A stretch of 64,000 nt of DNA from Felis catus (lineage: Eukaryota): NCBI RefSeq assembly GCF_018350175.1, contig NC_058368.1:232936001-233000000 (forward strand), written 5' to 3'. Positions 35,310-46,683 of the stretch are shown here, in pieces. The notes below the pieces were generated by a model that worked only from the letters and a program-made list of their open reading frames with translations, did no database searches and was not told where the DNA came from. Positions within the stretch are counted from its first letter, which is position 1. Every line of letters begins with the position of its first letter. A program made the position numbers and the translations under genes.

Positions 35310-36350
35310 TTCTCCAGATTTGTACATTATATCCCCATGACCTGTTTATTACTGGAAGTTTGTGCATTTTGACTTCCTTTATCCATATCACCCACATCTA
35401 ACCCCCGACCTGTGGCATCTACCAATCTGTTCTCTATATCTATGAGCTTTTCTTTTTTTCTTTTTCTTTTCTTTCTTTTTTTTTTTTACTTAGCATAATG
35501 CCCTTGAGGTCCTTCCGTGTTCTTACAAATAGAAAAGATGTCATTATTGTTTTATGGCTGAGTAATATTCTAGAGAGAGGAGGAGAGAGAAGGAGGCATT
35601 TATCACATTTTCTTTGTCCATCTATGAACACTTAGGTTGTTTTCATAGAGTGGCTATTGTAAACAATGCTGCAGTGAACAACATTGGGGTAAATACATCT
35701 TTTTGAGTTAATGGACTCATTTTCTTTAGATATATAGCCAGGAGTGGAATTGCTGAATCATATGGTAGTTCTATTTTTAATTTTCTGAGGAACTTCCATA
35801 CTGGTTTTCACGGGGGCTGTGCCAGTTTACATTCCCATCAGCAGTGTGCCAGGGTTCTTTTTTCTCCACCTGCTCACCAAGACTTGGCTAGTTCTTATCT
35901 TTTTGATACCAGCCGTTCTAATAGGTGTGAGATGATCTCATTGCAATTTGTTTTGACTTGCAAGTCCCTGATGACTAGTGATGTTGAGCATCTTTTCATG
36001 TGCCTGTTGGCCCTCTGTATGTCTTCTTCAGAAAAATGTCTGTTCAGACCTTAGATAATCTGCCTAGATTTTTTTAAAGTGCTAATAATGCTCTGATTAT
36101 TTTTTAAAATATAAATTATTGTCAAGTGAGCAAACACACAGAGTATACAGTATGTTCTTGGCCTATATGTTTAATGAATTGTTTGGTTTTTGTTTAGTTT
36201 TGTTGTTTGGCTATTGAGCTGTATGAAGTCTCTATACATTGTGGAAATTAACCCCTTTATCAAAGGTACATTATTTGCAAACATTTTCTCCCATTCAGGA
36301 GTTTGCCTTTTCATTTTGTTGGTGGTTTTCTTCACTGGGCAGAAGTTTTT
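35310..36350 (-). mobile_element. Older LINE-1 3' portion (L1MA/L1_Carn-like), degraded ORF2 end and 3' UTR
   Basis: Classic antisense L1 text: AGTGGAATTGCTGAATCATATGGTAGTTCTATTTTTAATTTTCTGAGGAAC, GATGTTGAGCATCTTTTCATGTGCCTGTTGGCC. Confidence 0.9.
36069..36161 (-). mobile_element. Tiny felid L1 3'-end insertion inside the older L1
   Basis: Reverse complement CCAAGAACATACTGTATACTCTGTGTGTTTGCTCACTTGACAATAATTTATAT is homologous to 46580-46634; TSD-like GCCTAGATTTTT / GCCTATATGTTT. Confidence 0.7.
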
Positions 36351-36559
36351 CTCTATTTTCTAAATTTATTTTTAAGTTATGACAATATGGAAAGCATATA
36401 CTACAATGCAAAATTTCCCCTTTTCCCTGATACCTACACAATTATTTTCTCCTGAGCAAGCCATGCTTTTAAGCTTGATGAGTGCTTTCTAGATATGGAT
36501 TTATGAAGACCTTATACATGGATGAATACATACATACAAATATATAGTTGGCTTGTTCA

Positions 36560-37950
36560 TAACATTAATGGAATCACAGTGTACATTTTTTTCTTGCCAT
36601 GCATTTATTACTGAAAATATCTCTTGGGACTATTTTAATATCAAAATATATGGATGTATTCTTTTTCTTTCTAATCACTGCCCCTACTCATTTTAATATT
36701 CTCTCATTGATGAGCAGTTAGGTTGTTTCCAACTATTCTGCTGTTACAAGTGAAGCTTCCTTGCCTATCCTTGCATATGTCCTTTTTGCACACATGTGAA
36801 CATGTCCCTGGGAGGGATGTGTGTTTATATTTAATAGACACTGACAGGTACCTTGTTAAGGAAATCTATACTAACTTTGGGGTGCCTGGGTGGCTTAGTC
36901 GGTTAAGTGTCCAACTTCAGCTCAAGTGATGATCTCACGGTCTGTGAGATGGAGCCCTATGTCGGGCTCTGTGCTGACAGCTTAGAGCGTGGAACCTGCT
37001 TTGGATTCTGTGTCTCCTTCTCTGTCTGCCCCTTCCACACTCAAGCTCTGTCTCTCTCTCTCTCTCTCTGACTCTGTCTAAAATAAGCAATAAAAAATTT
37101 TAAATCTGTACTAACGTAGAATTCCACAAACGGAGCACAAGATTGCCATGTACACCACATTCTCAACAACACACTTGGATATGAACAATTTCTGCCAATC
37201 TGAAAGGAAAATCACATGCCGTTGTTGAATTTACATTTTCCTAATGTTGCATATTAACCATTGCATACGCTTTGTGTATTTTTCTGTTGTTATCTTTTCT
37301 TATTTATTAATAAGAACTTTTTCTATATTATAGTTCACCACTTTTCTTTTGATTGTTTTGTGGTATATTTTGCCACACAGAGGATTTTATAGGAGGCCAT
37401 GGCCATCCATAATTTGTGTATGGTTTCTAAGCCATAGGGTTTGGGTAAGCATCAATTTCCTAAGCCAAATTTGGCAGTCCTTTATATTTCCTTCTATTAA
37501 ATATGTACCCATATAAATCCACTTTGAATTTGTTTCGATTTTTAGGGTTTAGATCTTAATAAAACAATTCTAACTCTGACTAGAAACTCTATATTATTTT
37601 CCAATGCATTTATTAATTTATTTGTATTATTAATCCATATACATTTATTGTGTTTCTTGCCACGTAGCAGGTATATATACCTTTTTGTTTATCAGATTGG
37701 TAGGTTTTTCATAATTTCACTACTGATTTGAAGTGATGTTTTTTATGTAATTGTAAACATATTTTATGTGGCTTTGCTGCTGACTTCTGTTCCACTCTTT
37801 TATTCCTTTTTTTCTGAATTAACATAGCTTAGTTACTATAATTTTAGACTATGTTTTGATACTTTGTAGGATATAGTCTCCCTCTGTTATCTCTCAAAAC
37901 AAATTTTTGGCATGTCTCAAGCATTCTCTCTGCCCACATTTCATTTAAAA
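36560..37950 (-). mobile_element. Very old L1 (L1ME-like) remnants
   Basis: T-rich degraded L1-like motifs (TTGATGAGCAGTTAGGTTGTTTCCAA, TTTCTGCCAATCTGA). Confidence 0.6.
36879..37101 (+). mobile_element. CAN-SINE
   Basis: TSD AAATCT(A/G)TACTAAC at 36862-36875 and 37102-37115. Confidence 0.95.
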
Positions 37951-38219
37951 TGTCTGTCTTCTTTGGTTAAGGAAACTGGTTAATTCTCATATCTCTTGCC
38001 CCTGCAAGGAAGTTTGAGGAATCAGTTATCTAGGAGGACAGGGCATTTGTAGTCTAAAACTCCAGAATGCTCAATGCTCATGAATGGTGCGGTTGTAGGC
38101 AACACCCTGGCTGATGACTTCACAATGTTCCCAAGAATAAATCTCTCTCTCATTATAGGTGTGTTGTAATTGACAGCCCACTTCTGTGAAGACATCTCTA
38201 TTTGTGTGAATATAAACTT

Positions 38220-38422
38220 CATTTCATTTTATTTTCATTTGAGGACCAGAGTGAGAGGAAGCTCAAGCAGCCGAGGGAGCAGAGGGAGAGAAAGAGAGAA
38301 TCTTAAGCAGGCTCCACACTGAGTGCAGGGCTCTATCCCATGACCGTGGGATCATGACCTGAGCTAGAATCAAGAGTTGGACGCTCAACCAACTGAACCA
38401 CCCAGCCCCCTCCCCCACTTTC
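38220..38422 (-). mobile_element. CAN-SINE (older carnivore subfamily)
   Basis: TSD TTT(G/A)TGTGAATATAAACTT at 38201-38219 and 38423-38441. Confidence 0.9.
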
Positions 38423-39119
38423 TTTATGTGAATATAAACTTTACATGAAAGAAAGGCAGGTCGCTTCAGAATACTGACTCCATGTGAATCTGGGGGCTCA
38501 TAACCAATATTTGGGTGAAGCTTTTGTGCCGTTGATGGGCTCTGGGAGACAGCAAGCTGCAGCTCTCCTCTGGGCTTCCACCATATTTTGAAGTCAGAAA
38601 GTAAACATCAGGGACTATGAAGGGACCACTTATACCAAGAGGGAAGCCAGGTCAGAAGTCCATGTTGTACAGCCTCATGTGGCCATGAAGACGTGAGAAG
38701 CTGAGTAAGCCTCACTCGCTCTGGAATTGGAATCAGTCATCAATAGAGGGAGACCCCCACTGGCCTCCTGTCCCACCTAGATGCAGGTAGACACATGAGT
38801 GGATTCCATCCCAGGCCTCATTGTGCAGAAGGCAGTAAGAGAGGGTAATGGTCCTAAAATGTAATGAAATAGTCAACCAAAACAAAGATAAGATTTAATA
38901 ACTGGGCTTGATGTAGAGTAAAGCTGATGTGAGTAAGTATTAAGACACTGTTACCCTGCTGATGGAGAACTTTCTTCTCTCTGATGTCTAAAACGAGAGG
39001 TGAGCAGAGGTGAGATGAGAGTCCGATTTCATAAGGGAAAAGTTGGTGGTAGTTATTTGAACAAAACCTGTTCTGTGTTTGTTCCTCACCGAAGTAAGTC
39101 TCTACAATCACATGTTTAC

Positions 39120-39830
39120 AAAGATTGATGGAACCACCATCCATCTGGTGTCTAATGCCAGAAAATTCAGAATTGCCCCTTACAGCTTCATCTTCTTCAT
39201 GTCACAAATCCCATTAATCTTGGAGTCCTATTGATTTTACTTCCTGTGTATTTTTTAGATGTGTTAAGCCCTCTCAAACCACCATCAGTTGATTCGAACC
39301 TCTATCACCTGGATCAATGTCATTGCCCCCAAACTGTTCTCTCTACTCCATCTTTGTTCCACCGCATGTATTCTAAGCAGTAACCAAAATCACATCAAAA
39401 AGCAAACAAACAAACAACAATATCTAACATCTAAACAATCTCCATCTTTATTATTATTTACAGTCTTGGTGACAGAAATCTTGGAGTCTAACCTTCCCTG
39501 CTAACCTGGTATCCATAGGTCAATTCCATCTTTCACTGCTCACCTCTTGCTCATGAATCCCGATTTGCCTTTCTTATTCTGTTTCTTAAAACTCCCAGCA
39601 TTTCTTCCCAGAGCTTCCTTCCTTCAACACAACTGCCCTTTATCTGTGTCATTTCCCCTCTACACTTCCCCTGGCTAACACCTGTCTTAACCAAATGTCA
39701 ACCCCTTGAATTACCCACAATTAAATTCCCCCATGATCTTATGGAGCCCAAGACACCTCATTGTTTTTTTTCCTGTAAAATCTGGAATTATGTCTTTGTC
39801 TGCCTTCCCTTCTAGAATGTAAGCTCTGGC
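39120..39830 (+). mobile_element. L2 LINE remnant
   Basis: CACCATCCATC...GCCAGAAA, GTCCTATTGATTTTACTTCCT and terminal CTAGAATGTAAGCTC resemble L2. Confidence 0.65.
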
Positions 39831-39930
39831 CTGGATTCTTAGGCTCATTACCTGGAAATCCCAGTCTTTCTGAGTGGTGATGCCAAACTTGGCTAGATAT
39901 AACCTCAGCTTCCTTCTCATCTGGTGTTTT

Positions 39931-40001
39931 CATTGGTTCTCAAATGTCAGCACGTATCACGAATACCAGGAAGGCCTGTTAAGACACAAGTTTGGGGGTC
40001 C
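39931..40001 (+). mobile_element. MER5A fragment (hAT-Charlie)
   Basis: CATTGGTTCTCAAATGTCAGCACGTATCACGAATACCAGGAAGGCCTGTTAAGACACA resembles the MER5A start. Confidence 0.6.
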
Positions 40002-41600
40002 AGGGAATAGGAAACGTATTCCCCATTTTGTCATGTTTTTCTCTGTGTCCTCGGCAAATCGCTAAGCATTTATAAAAACAACTTCCCCTCTCAGCAAAAC
40101 GCTGACCTAAGTGCCTTGGGAAATAACATATTACAATCCACTTTGAAACTTCCAAATTGTATTGAGGTGCTCAGCAATTACTGCTTTATGATGTAATATT
40201 GATTACAACCCAGCTTTGTTATTGACCCAACAACATATTAATTATTGATGGAAATGGTCTGGCTGAGATTCTAATTCAATTGAATATTGTTGTCATCACC
40301 CGCACAGTAAAGCTGCATTCATCATCAGGACTGTTTGCTACTAGACAGTTTAAACGTCCTACCCAGTGTTGCTCTGTGAGTGGGTTGCTTCGGACCTAAA
40401 AGCAAGCCAGAGAATGATAAATATGATGTTTAATAGGAACTGAATTATGTGTCTCCTACTTCCCTGGATTTGTCCTATTGAATTGAAGTTCCAGATCCCA
40501 GAGTGGGACAGAGACAGCTAAATGTTTTATCTATGAGTGACTTTTCTCAATTATAGCAAGAAAAATCCTTTTCAGTGAACATAGATCTTTCCTTCCTAGG
40601 GTTGCTATGGACACATATGCCTTCTGCATGGAAGATAATATTATCATTTAACACGCTGAACTGTAGTTTCAACCTGGATGCCTGGACCACCTGATTCTAT
40701 TTGTACCCAATAATGTTACAGAACCAAGTGTCATGATACAATTGCCATAAGAAAACAAGAAAGCCTAGAGATTTTTGAGAACCCCAAACCCTCATATGTA
40801 AAGAAATCAACTCATGTTGAAAAATTATCCTGTGTGCCATCACATACAGAATAAACCCGTATCCACCCGCTGAGGTACTACATTCTTTTCCTGGAAAATT
40901 TTGAGTTGCTTAGCCAGTGGATTTAAGCTAAGGAGGAAAGGTAAACCATTGGAAGAAGTGATCACTAAAAAAATCCTCCTCCTAGTCTGAGCCACTGTTT
41001 CTCCTGACGGGTTCCTGATTTGGGTTATGGATCAGGACTCCATGTGGACCATGAGCGCAGAAGTAATACCTTCTAATGAGTTGCCCCTTCTTATAGATTC
41101 CAAGCCAGAATCTCATTGGAGGGCTTGTGTTACCCCACTGGGTCTTGGTCCCTGATGGCCTCCTGAACTTGGCCCCCTGAGAACTTTGTGATGCTTAGGA
41201 TCTAAGGTATGTACAGCAGATGCTTTGCATCAGAATAACAAACACTTACCCCAGGATCTATGACTTCCATGGTGAACTGGAGATCTGGGATAAACTGGAA
41301 AGAGAATGCCCAAGTGAGTTTCTCAGAATGTCATTGTGAAATCAAGGGTCGCCAGAAGTCTACACAAAGTCACTGAAGAGATTAATGTGACCCAATCTTA
41401 TACAAATCACAAATATGCTTTCATCCACAAAGCATAGCAACATAACGTTCTTTTCAGAATTCCGTGTTCCTTTTAGACACCAGAAGCAGCAGCACCCATG
41501 ATATTCCCATACATATTTCCCAACCTTTATAGAGTCAATATTGGCCTCTTACTTTATAAATCCCAAGGTGCTTAATGTGTGTGTGTATGTGTGTGTGTTT

Positions 41601-41657
41601 GTGATGTGATGTGATGTGATGTGATGTGATGTGATGTGATGTGATTGATGTGATGTG
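41601..41657. repeat. (GTGAT)n pentanucleotide microsatellite next to (GT)n
   Basis: Nine perfect GTGAT units at 41601-41645. Confidence 0.95.
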
Positions 41658-42819
41658 TGGTATGGAAAGGTTGCTTCCTATCAGAGGCATATCAGGCAAG
41701 AAAGACAAATATTTGGGAAGAGAGGCAGTTTGCAGGTGTATCCTAAAAAGCTCTAAAGTCAGAGACAAAAAAATGAGAAGTTCGTACGCAGATGTCCAGA
41801 AATTTAAGTTCTTCTGTGTTGAATCTCTGACCATGTATCGGCAATGGGAAACTCTATTTTTCCTTTGGCTTACTTAGTTGTTTCCTTAATGTTTAAATAC
41901 TCTCAGCTCTCAATTCATATTCATATTTCCTTGTCTTAATCAACTTTTCCTCAAAGCCTTACCCCCAGGATTAAAACAATAGATCAATTATGATAGGTAC
42001 GTGGACGCTAAATATATATGAACAAACACATCTATTCCCACACCCATACAAACACAAATCCATGCACATGTAAAGGACTTGGTATACTGTAGGTATAGAT
42101 CTTTTGTGGAGTGAATGAGCAAAGAATAAGATTGAAAAGATCATAGCAAATACCAATTTTTGATGGGAATAGTCTTGAATCATTGATAATCACTTATGTC
42201 CTCCTAAGTGATCCATTGTATACCTGAGTCCCTTTGTCCTTGTTCTTTCTGTGGACCTCCACCCTTGTTCCACTTCATCGTGGCTCCCTGTCCCCCTGGC
42301 CATCCTGGGGCTCCATGTTACCCAGAATCTCTTCCCTTGGAGAGGCTGGTCTTCAGTAGCATTTCTCCAGCTGCAGGAGGCAGGGCGATTATCAGGTGTA
42401 AGTCAGACATCAGGTGGGTTCAGGGTGTAAGGTCTGGAGCTTACTTATTTGGGGAGCTTTCTTAAAGAAAAACAGTACATGCCAAAGCATTCGAAATCAG
42501 AAACAAAAATAAATCTTTACGTGGAATGAAAAAAGAAAAATTACCAATATTAAAACGCTAGTAGATACCCCAAATACTCAAGATCTATGACAATCATAAT
42601 AACATCAAGTTTCATTGATAACCATCTAGCAGGCTTCCGTGATTTTTCTCTTGTGATCTTTGTTCAGTGTTTGATCACCTCTTTCCATGACAACAATTTT
42701 GTGACATTCTTCTTAGAGTGTTTAGAATAACCCAGTCTTTCCTCTAGCGCGGGTATCAAAATTTGGTTTTGTGTTATTGATAGCTTTAAATTTTTCCTTC
42801 AGCTTCACATCTTGGTGTT

Positions 42820-42955
42820 TTGTTTGTTTTTTTGTTTTGTTTTGTTTTTTTAGGGCTTGGAGCCCAATGCAGGGCTTGAACTCACAACCGGGAGATCAAG
42901 ACCTGAGCTGAATCAAGACTCAGATGCTTAACCAACTAAGCCACCCAGGCATCAC
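42820..42955 (-). mobile_element. Short CAN-SINE (no CT tract)
   Basis: TSD CACATCTT(G/A)GT(G/A)TT at 42806-42819 and 42956-42969. Confidence 0.88.
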
Positions 42956-43158
42956 CACATCTTAGTATTGGTCATGCCAGGTCAGTTTTGTGGTTTTGTC
43001 AAGTTTGGGGAAATCTCTACCAAGCCAACCTCTCATATATGAGCCTTTAAAGACAGACTGGCTCTTTATAGTAAAGCTACATAGTTCTGTGCTACATACA
43101 AACAGAGATTCTGAGAAATTCTAGTTTGTGCAATTCCATTATAAAGGGAAAATATTTA

Positions 43159-43357
43159 GGGGCACCTGCATGGCTCAGTTGGTTAAGCATCTGACTCGTG
43201 TTTTTGGCTCAGGTCACGATCTCACAGTTCGTAAGTTCAAGCCCCGCCTCAGGCTTTGTGCTGTCAGCAAGGAGCCTGCTTGGGATTCTCTCTCGCCCTC
43301 TCTCTCTGCCCCTCCACTGCTCACTCTCCCAAAACAAATAAACTTTAAAAATTGTCT
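43159..43357 (+). mobile_element. CAN-SINE
   Basis: Perfect 17-bp TSD TAAAGGGAAAATATTTA at 43142-43158 and 43358-43374. Confidence 0.96.
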
Positions 43358-44441
43358 TAAAGGGAAAATATTTATAGTGTATCTACTATTTTATATGTTG
43401 TATCATTTATTGAATTTATTCCTGAGAGAGAAGACCTTCCCCCTTTGAATAGACTTCAGTGAGACCCAAATCTTCTGCTTAAAATATTTCACGTCTGATG
43501 GTTGAAAGAATGTTCCTCAGACTAACTTCTGGTTCTGTCTGACTCAAGCCTCCTTTCCTCCTTAATACTCACACACTTTTGATCTTGGAGTCATCGAACT
43601 GGTCCCTATCATCATAAGGCCACTGGCCCTGTGTTTTCCCGTCACGGCTTCAGGTAAACATTTTCCTGGGTCCTTTCATACACAGCGATGCCTAATGATA
43701 ATTTAACTGTACCCAGACCCAACAAGAATCACGTAAATACATCTCAACACAGCCAGACTAAATGTAACCCCTACTCTACACGCAAACCCTCTAAAGCCGA
43801 TTCCATAGTATCTACGACAAGGAGGCACGCAGTGAAATGGGTTGGAAGGAAGACGACTAGAAAGTGACTGTTGTTTTAACGAAGTGTAGTAGCCATATCT
43901 TCACTTACAGATTTTGCTTAAAGGTGTCACTGCACGAACACATCGCTAAGGCCTCAGGAATGGCCGCGCATGTGGGGGAGCCTGAGATTACAGCTTCCCG
44001 ATAAATCTAACTCTTTCGGGCTGCATGGAGGCTGGAGCTGGGATGGGGACTTCATCTATCTGCCTCTGGTGTAGACTCTTGTTTCCCATAGGTCCTGCTT
44101 CCCAGCACTTTCCCTTGATTGTCCTTTGTTTACTGTGGTGCTGACAACCCCACATAACCTTTCAGCTCAGCACCTGACACTGACTAACTGGGATCTGTGA
44201 CTCTTACTCTTGGGAAGGGAATATGATTGAGGTCCTGATGCTAGTCCCTGGGCCAACCTGCACCTGGGGAGGCTGGAGTTATGTCACCGGCTGCCCACTA
44301 TCCAGGATTGTGGACAGAGATGAATTCTCACAGCTGCATTTGGAGCTCACTGAAACATATCCAAGGAACTTTTTAACTCTATTAATTTTTAGACACACTT
44401 TTTAAACATGTTGAGCTTCCCTACTTCCTCTTCTCCACCAA

Positions 44442-44666
44442 GTTTTAAAAAATATTTTTTAACTTTCAATTTATTTTTGAGAGAGAGAGACAGACAGAGT
44501 GCGAGCAGGGGAGGGACAGAGATAGAGGCACACATAGAATACGAAGCAGGCTCCGGGCTCTGAGCCACCAGCGCAGAACCCGACGCGGGGCTCTAACTCA
44601 CGAACCGCAAGATCGTGACTTGAGCTGAAGCCGGATGCTTAACAGACGGAGCCACCCAGGCGCCCC
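44442..44666 (-). mobile_element. CAN-SINE (SINEC_Fc)
   Basis: TSD TCTCCACCAA at 44432-44441 and 44667-44676. Confidence 0.95.
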
Positions 44667-46321
44667 TCTCCACCAATTTATTTCTGAATTTATTGAAATG
44701 CCCAAGTCCCTGTCTTCCTCCTTTCCTTCTTCAGTCTCCTCCTGTCTTTACTCATCCCCTCGTCCCTCTCTATCACACGCCTCACCCTGTCAGTCACTCT
44801 CGGTCACTACCTCAACTCTCTGACTTCCACCCTGCCAACAGGAGACCCCAACTCTGATTAGCCAGTCTCTCTGAATTTTCCCCCATAGTCTGAGGTCTGC
44901 AAGTACCATTGGAGAGCATCACAAACACGTGCAGATTAGGGCTCCTAAACATTCATGGTCTCCAGCCTCCCTGCCACCTGGAAATCCTGCCGTGTGCTGG
45001 TGGCCTGCCCCTATGCCTTCCCATTAAAAATGATTCCAAAGTTGTAGGTCGTGATTCCTCCCTGTTATACTCTACCCCACATCTGCTTCCAAAAGTTCCC
45101 TTCACTACAATTTCATAATGGAAATAGAGGGTTTAGTAAGAGCTTCCTGATCCTGGCTCTCCTTTCCCCTCACTCCCCATCAACGCCTCACTTACCGGCA
45201 CCTGCTCTGGTCATTCCCTTACTCTCACTTGGCCAAGGAATCTCTCTTCCAGCCAAGGACCGACCTCCACCTTGTGCTCCGGGGCCCTCTCTTTCTGCCT
45301 CTTCAGGAGCCGTCCCCAATCTGCACGGATCTCCAACCTCCCCTCTCTACTCACTGGTCTACTTCAGCCTATTCATGAATCCCTATGAATCCCCATCTCA
45401 GAGACTTTCCCAACAGGCCTTCTTCTCTGTCCTGCCTTTTATCAAAGGCATTCGCTTCAGTTTTCAAGTGTTGTCATCAAGAGCCTCAGCCTCCTTCCTC
45501 ATCACTCCCACGGGCGTCTCCATGAGATCTGCTCCTTCTCAGATCCCCAGTGATCACTGGCTTGTCAAATGCTCCTGGAGTCCATGATTTATCTCACGTG
45601 AAGCCACAGCAGGATTTGACCATCATGACCTACCCCTCCTTCTCAAATGTCAGTACCTTTGACACCTCTTTTTCTTGGACTTCTTTTGTTTTCCTGACTC
45701 TTCTTCCCACTTCCTCTACCTTTAACATTGGGGTTCCTGGGGGATCCTAGATCACTTCCTCTTTTCACTCACATTTGTAATGCATGATCTCATAACCCCT
45801 CCTTCTGTCAAACTGCCACCCTGCTGGCTCCAGATTGAAGTGTCTTCCACATTATTTCACAGTTTCTACATGAGTGTCCTACAGAGGGTTGACATTGGAC
45901 ATGTCTAAAATGAAGCTCGCACCCCCTTTCCTGCATCTTTCATCCCCACACACCCTATACTACACCCATATAATGGCCCCTCCCATTCTTCTCCACCCAC
46001 ATGTAGTGACCCCTTCTCTGCATTGCCCCCGTCTTGGCATACGGCACCATCAGGTTACCCAGTCAAGGGCCATCACCCCTGACTTGCCCAACTTTTTTCA
46101 CATCCCAGATCAGATCCGTCTCTAATCCTTGTTGACCTTACCTCCTACATACTGCTCGAAACTACCTCTTCCTCCCTATTTTCACCATCACAGCCTTGAT
46201 TCTGTCCCTCACCGTATCTTCCATTTGCAACAGGAGCCCTTTTACTGGCTCAGTGCCTCTTTTTGTGACCCTGCTAACCCAACCCTATTGACTTTTTTTG
46301 ACGACGTGAATAAGATCCTGC

Positions 46322-46539
46322 TTTTTTTTTTTTTTTCAACGTTTATTTATTTTTGGGACAGAGAGAGACAGAGCATGAACGGGGGAGGGGCAGAGAGAGA
46401 GGGAGACACAGAATCGGAAACAGGCTCCAGGCTCCGAGCCATCAGCCCAGAGCCCGATGCGGGGCTCGAACTCACGGACCGTGAGATCGTGACCTGGCTG
46501 AAGTTGGACACTTAACCGACTGCGCCACCCAGGCGCCCC
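46322..46539 (-). mobile_element. CAN-SINE, young felid variant
   Basis: TSD AATAAGATCCTGCTTTT at 46309-46325 and 46540-46556 (overlaps the T tail). Confidence 0.97.
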
Positions 46540-46559
46540 AATAAGATCCTGCTTTTATG

Positions 46560-46625
46560 CACGGGAATCTACCCGCCAAACCAACAGCACACTGTATACA
46601 CTTTATGTTAGCCAACTTGACAGTA

Positions 46626-46677
<52 letters not shown>

Positions 46678-46683
46678 AAAAAA
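46560..46683 (+). mobile_element. Tiny felid L1 3'-end insertion with (TA)n-converted tail
   Basis: CACGGGAATCTACCC..AAACCAACAGCACACTGTATACACT..ATGTTAGCCAACTTGACA resembles a felid L1 terminus; TSD GATCCTGCTT(T/C)TATG at 46545-46559 and 46685-46699. Confidence 0.8.

Larger units (their letters stand above)
42411..44015 (-). mobile_element. Arthur1-like hAT-Tip100 DNA transposon fossil containing two SINEs
   Basis: Left end CAGGTGGGTTCAGG..GGAGCTTA..TTTGGGGAG..CTTAAAGAAAA, right end ..CAGCTTCCCGATAAATCTAACTCT and internal ACGTCTGATGGTTGAAAGAAT..CAGACTAACTTCTGGTTC resemble recalled Arthur1 sequence. Confidence 0.75.

Noticed and set aside
45051..45587. 178-aa Pro/Ser/Leu-rich ORF
   Set aside because: Lies in a C/T-rich degraded L2; low stop frequency follows from composition.
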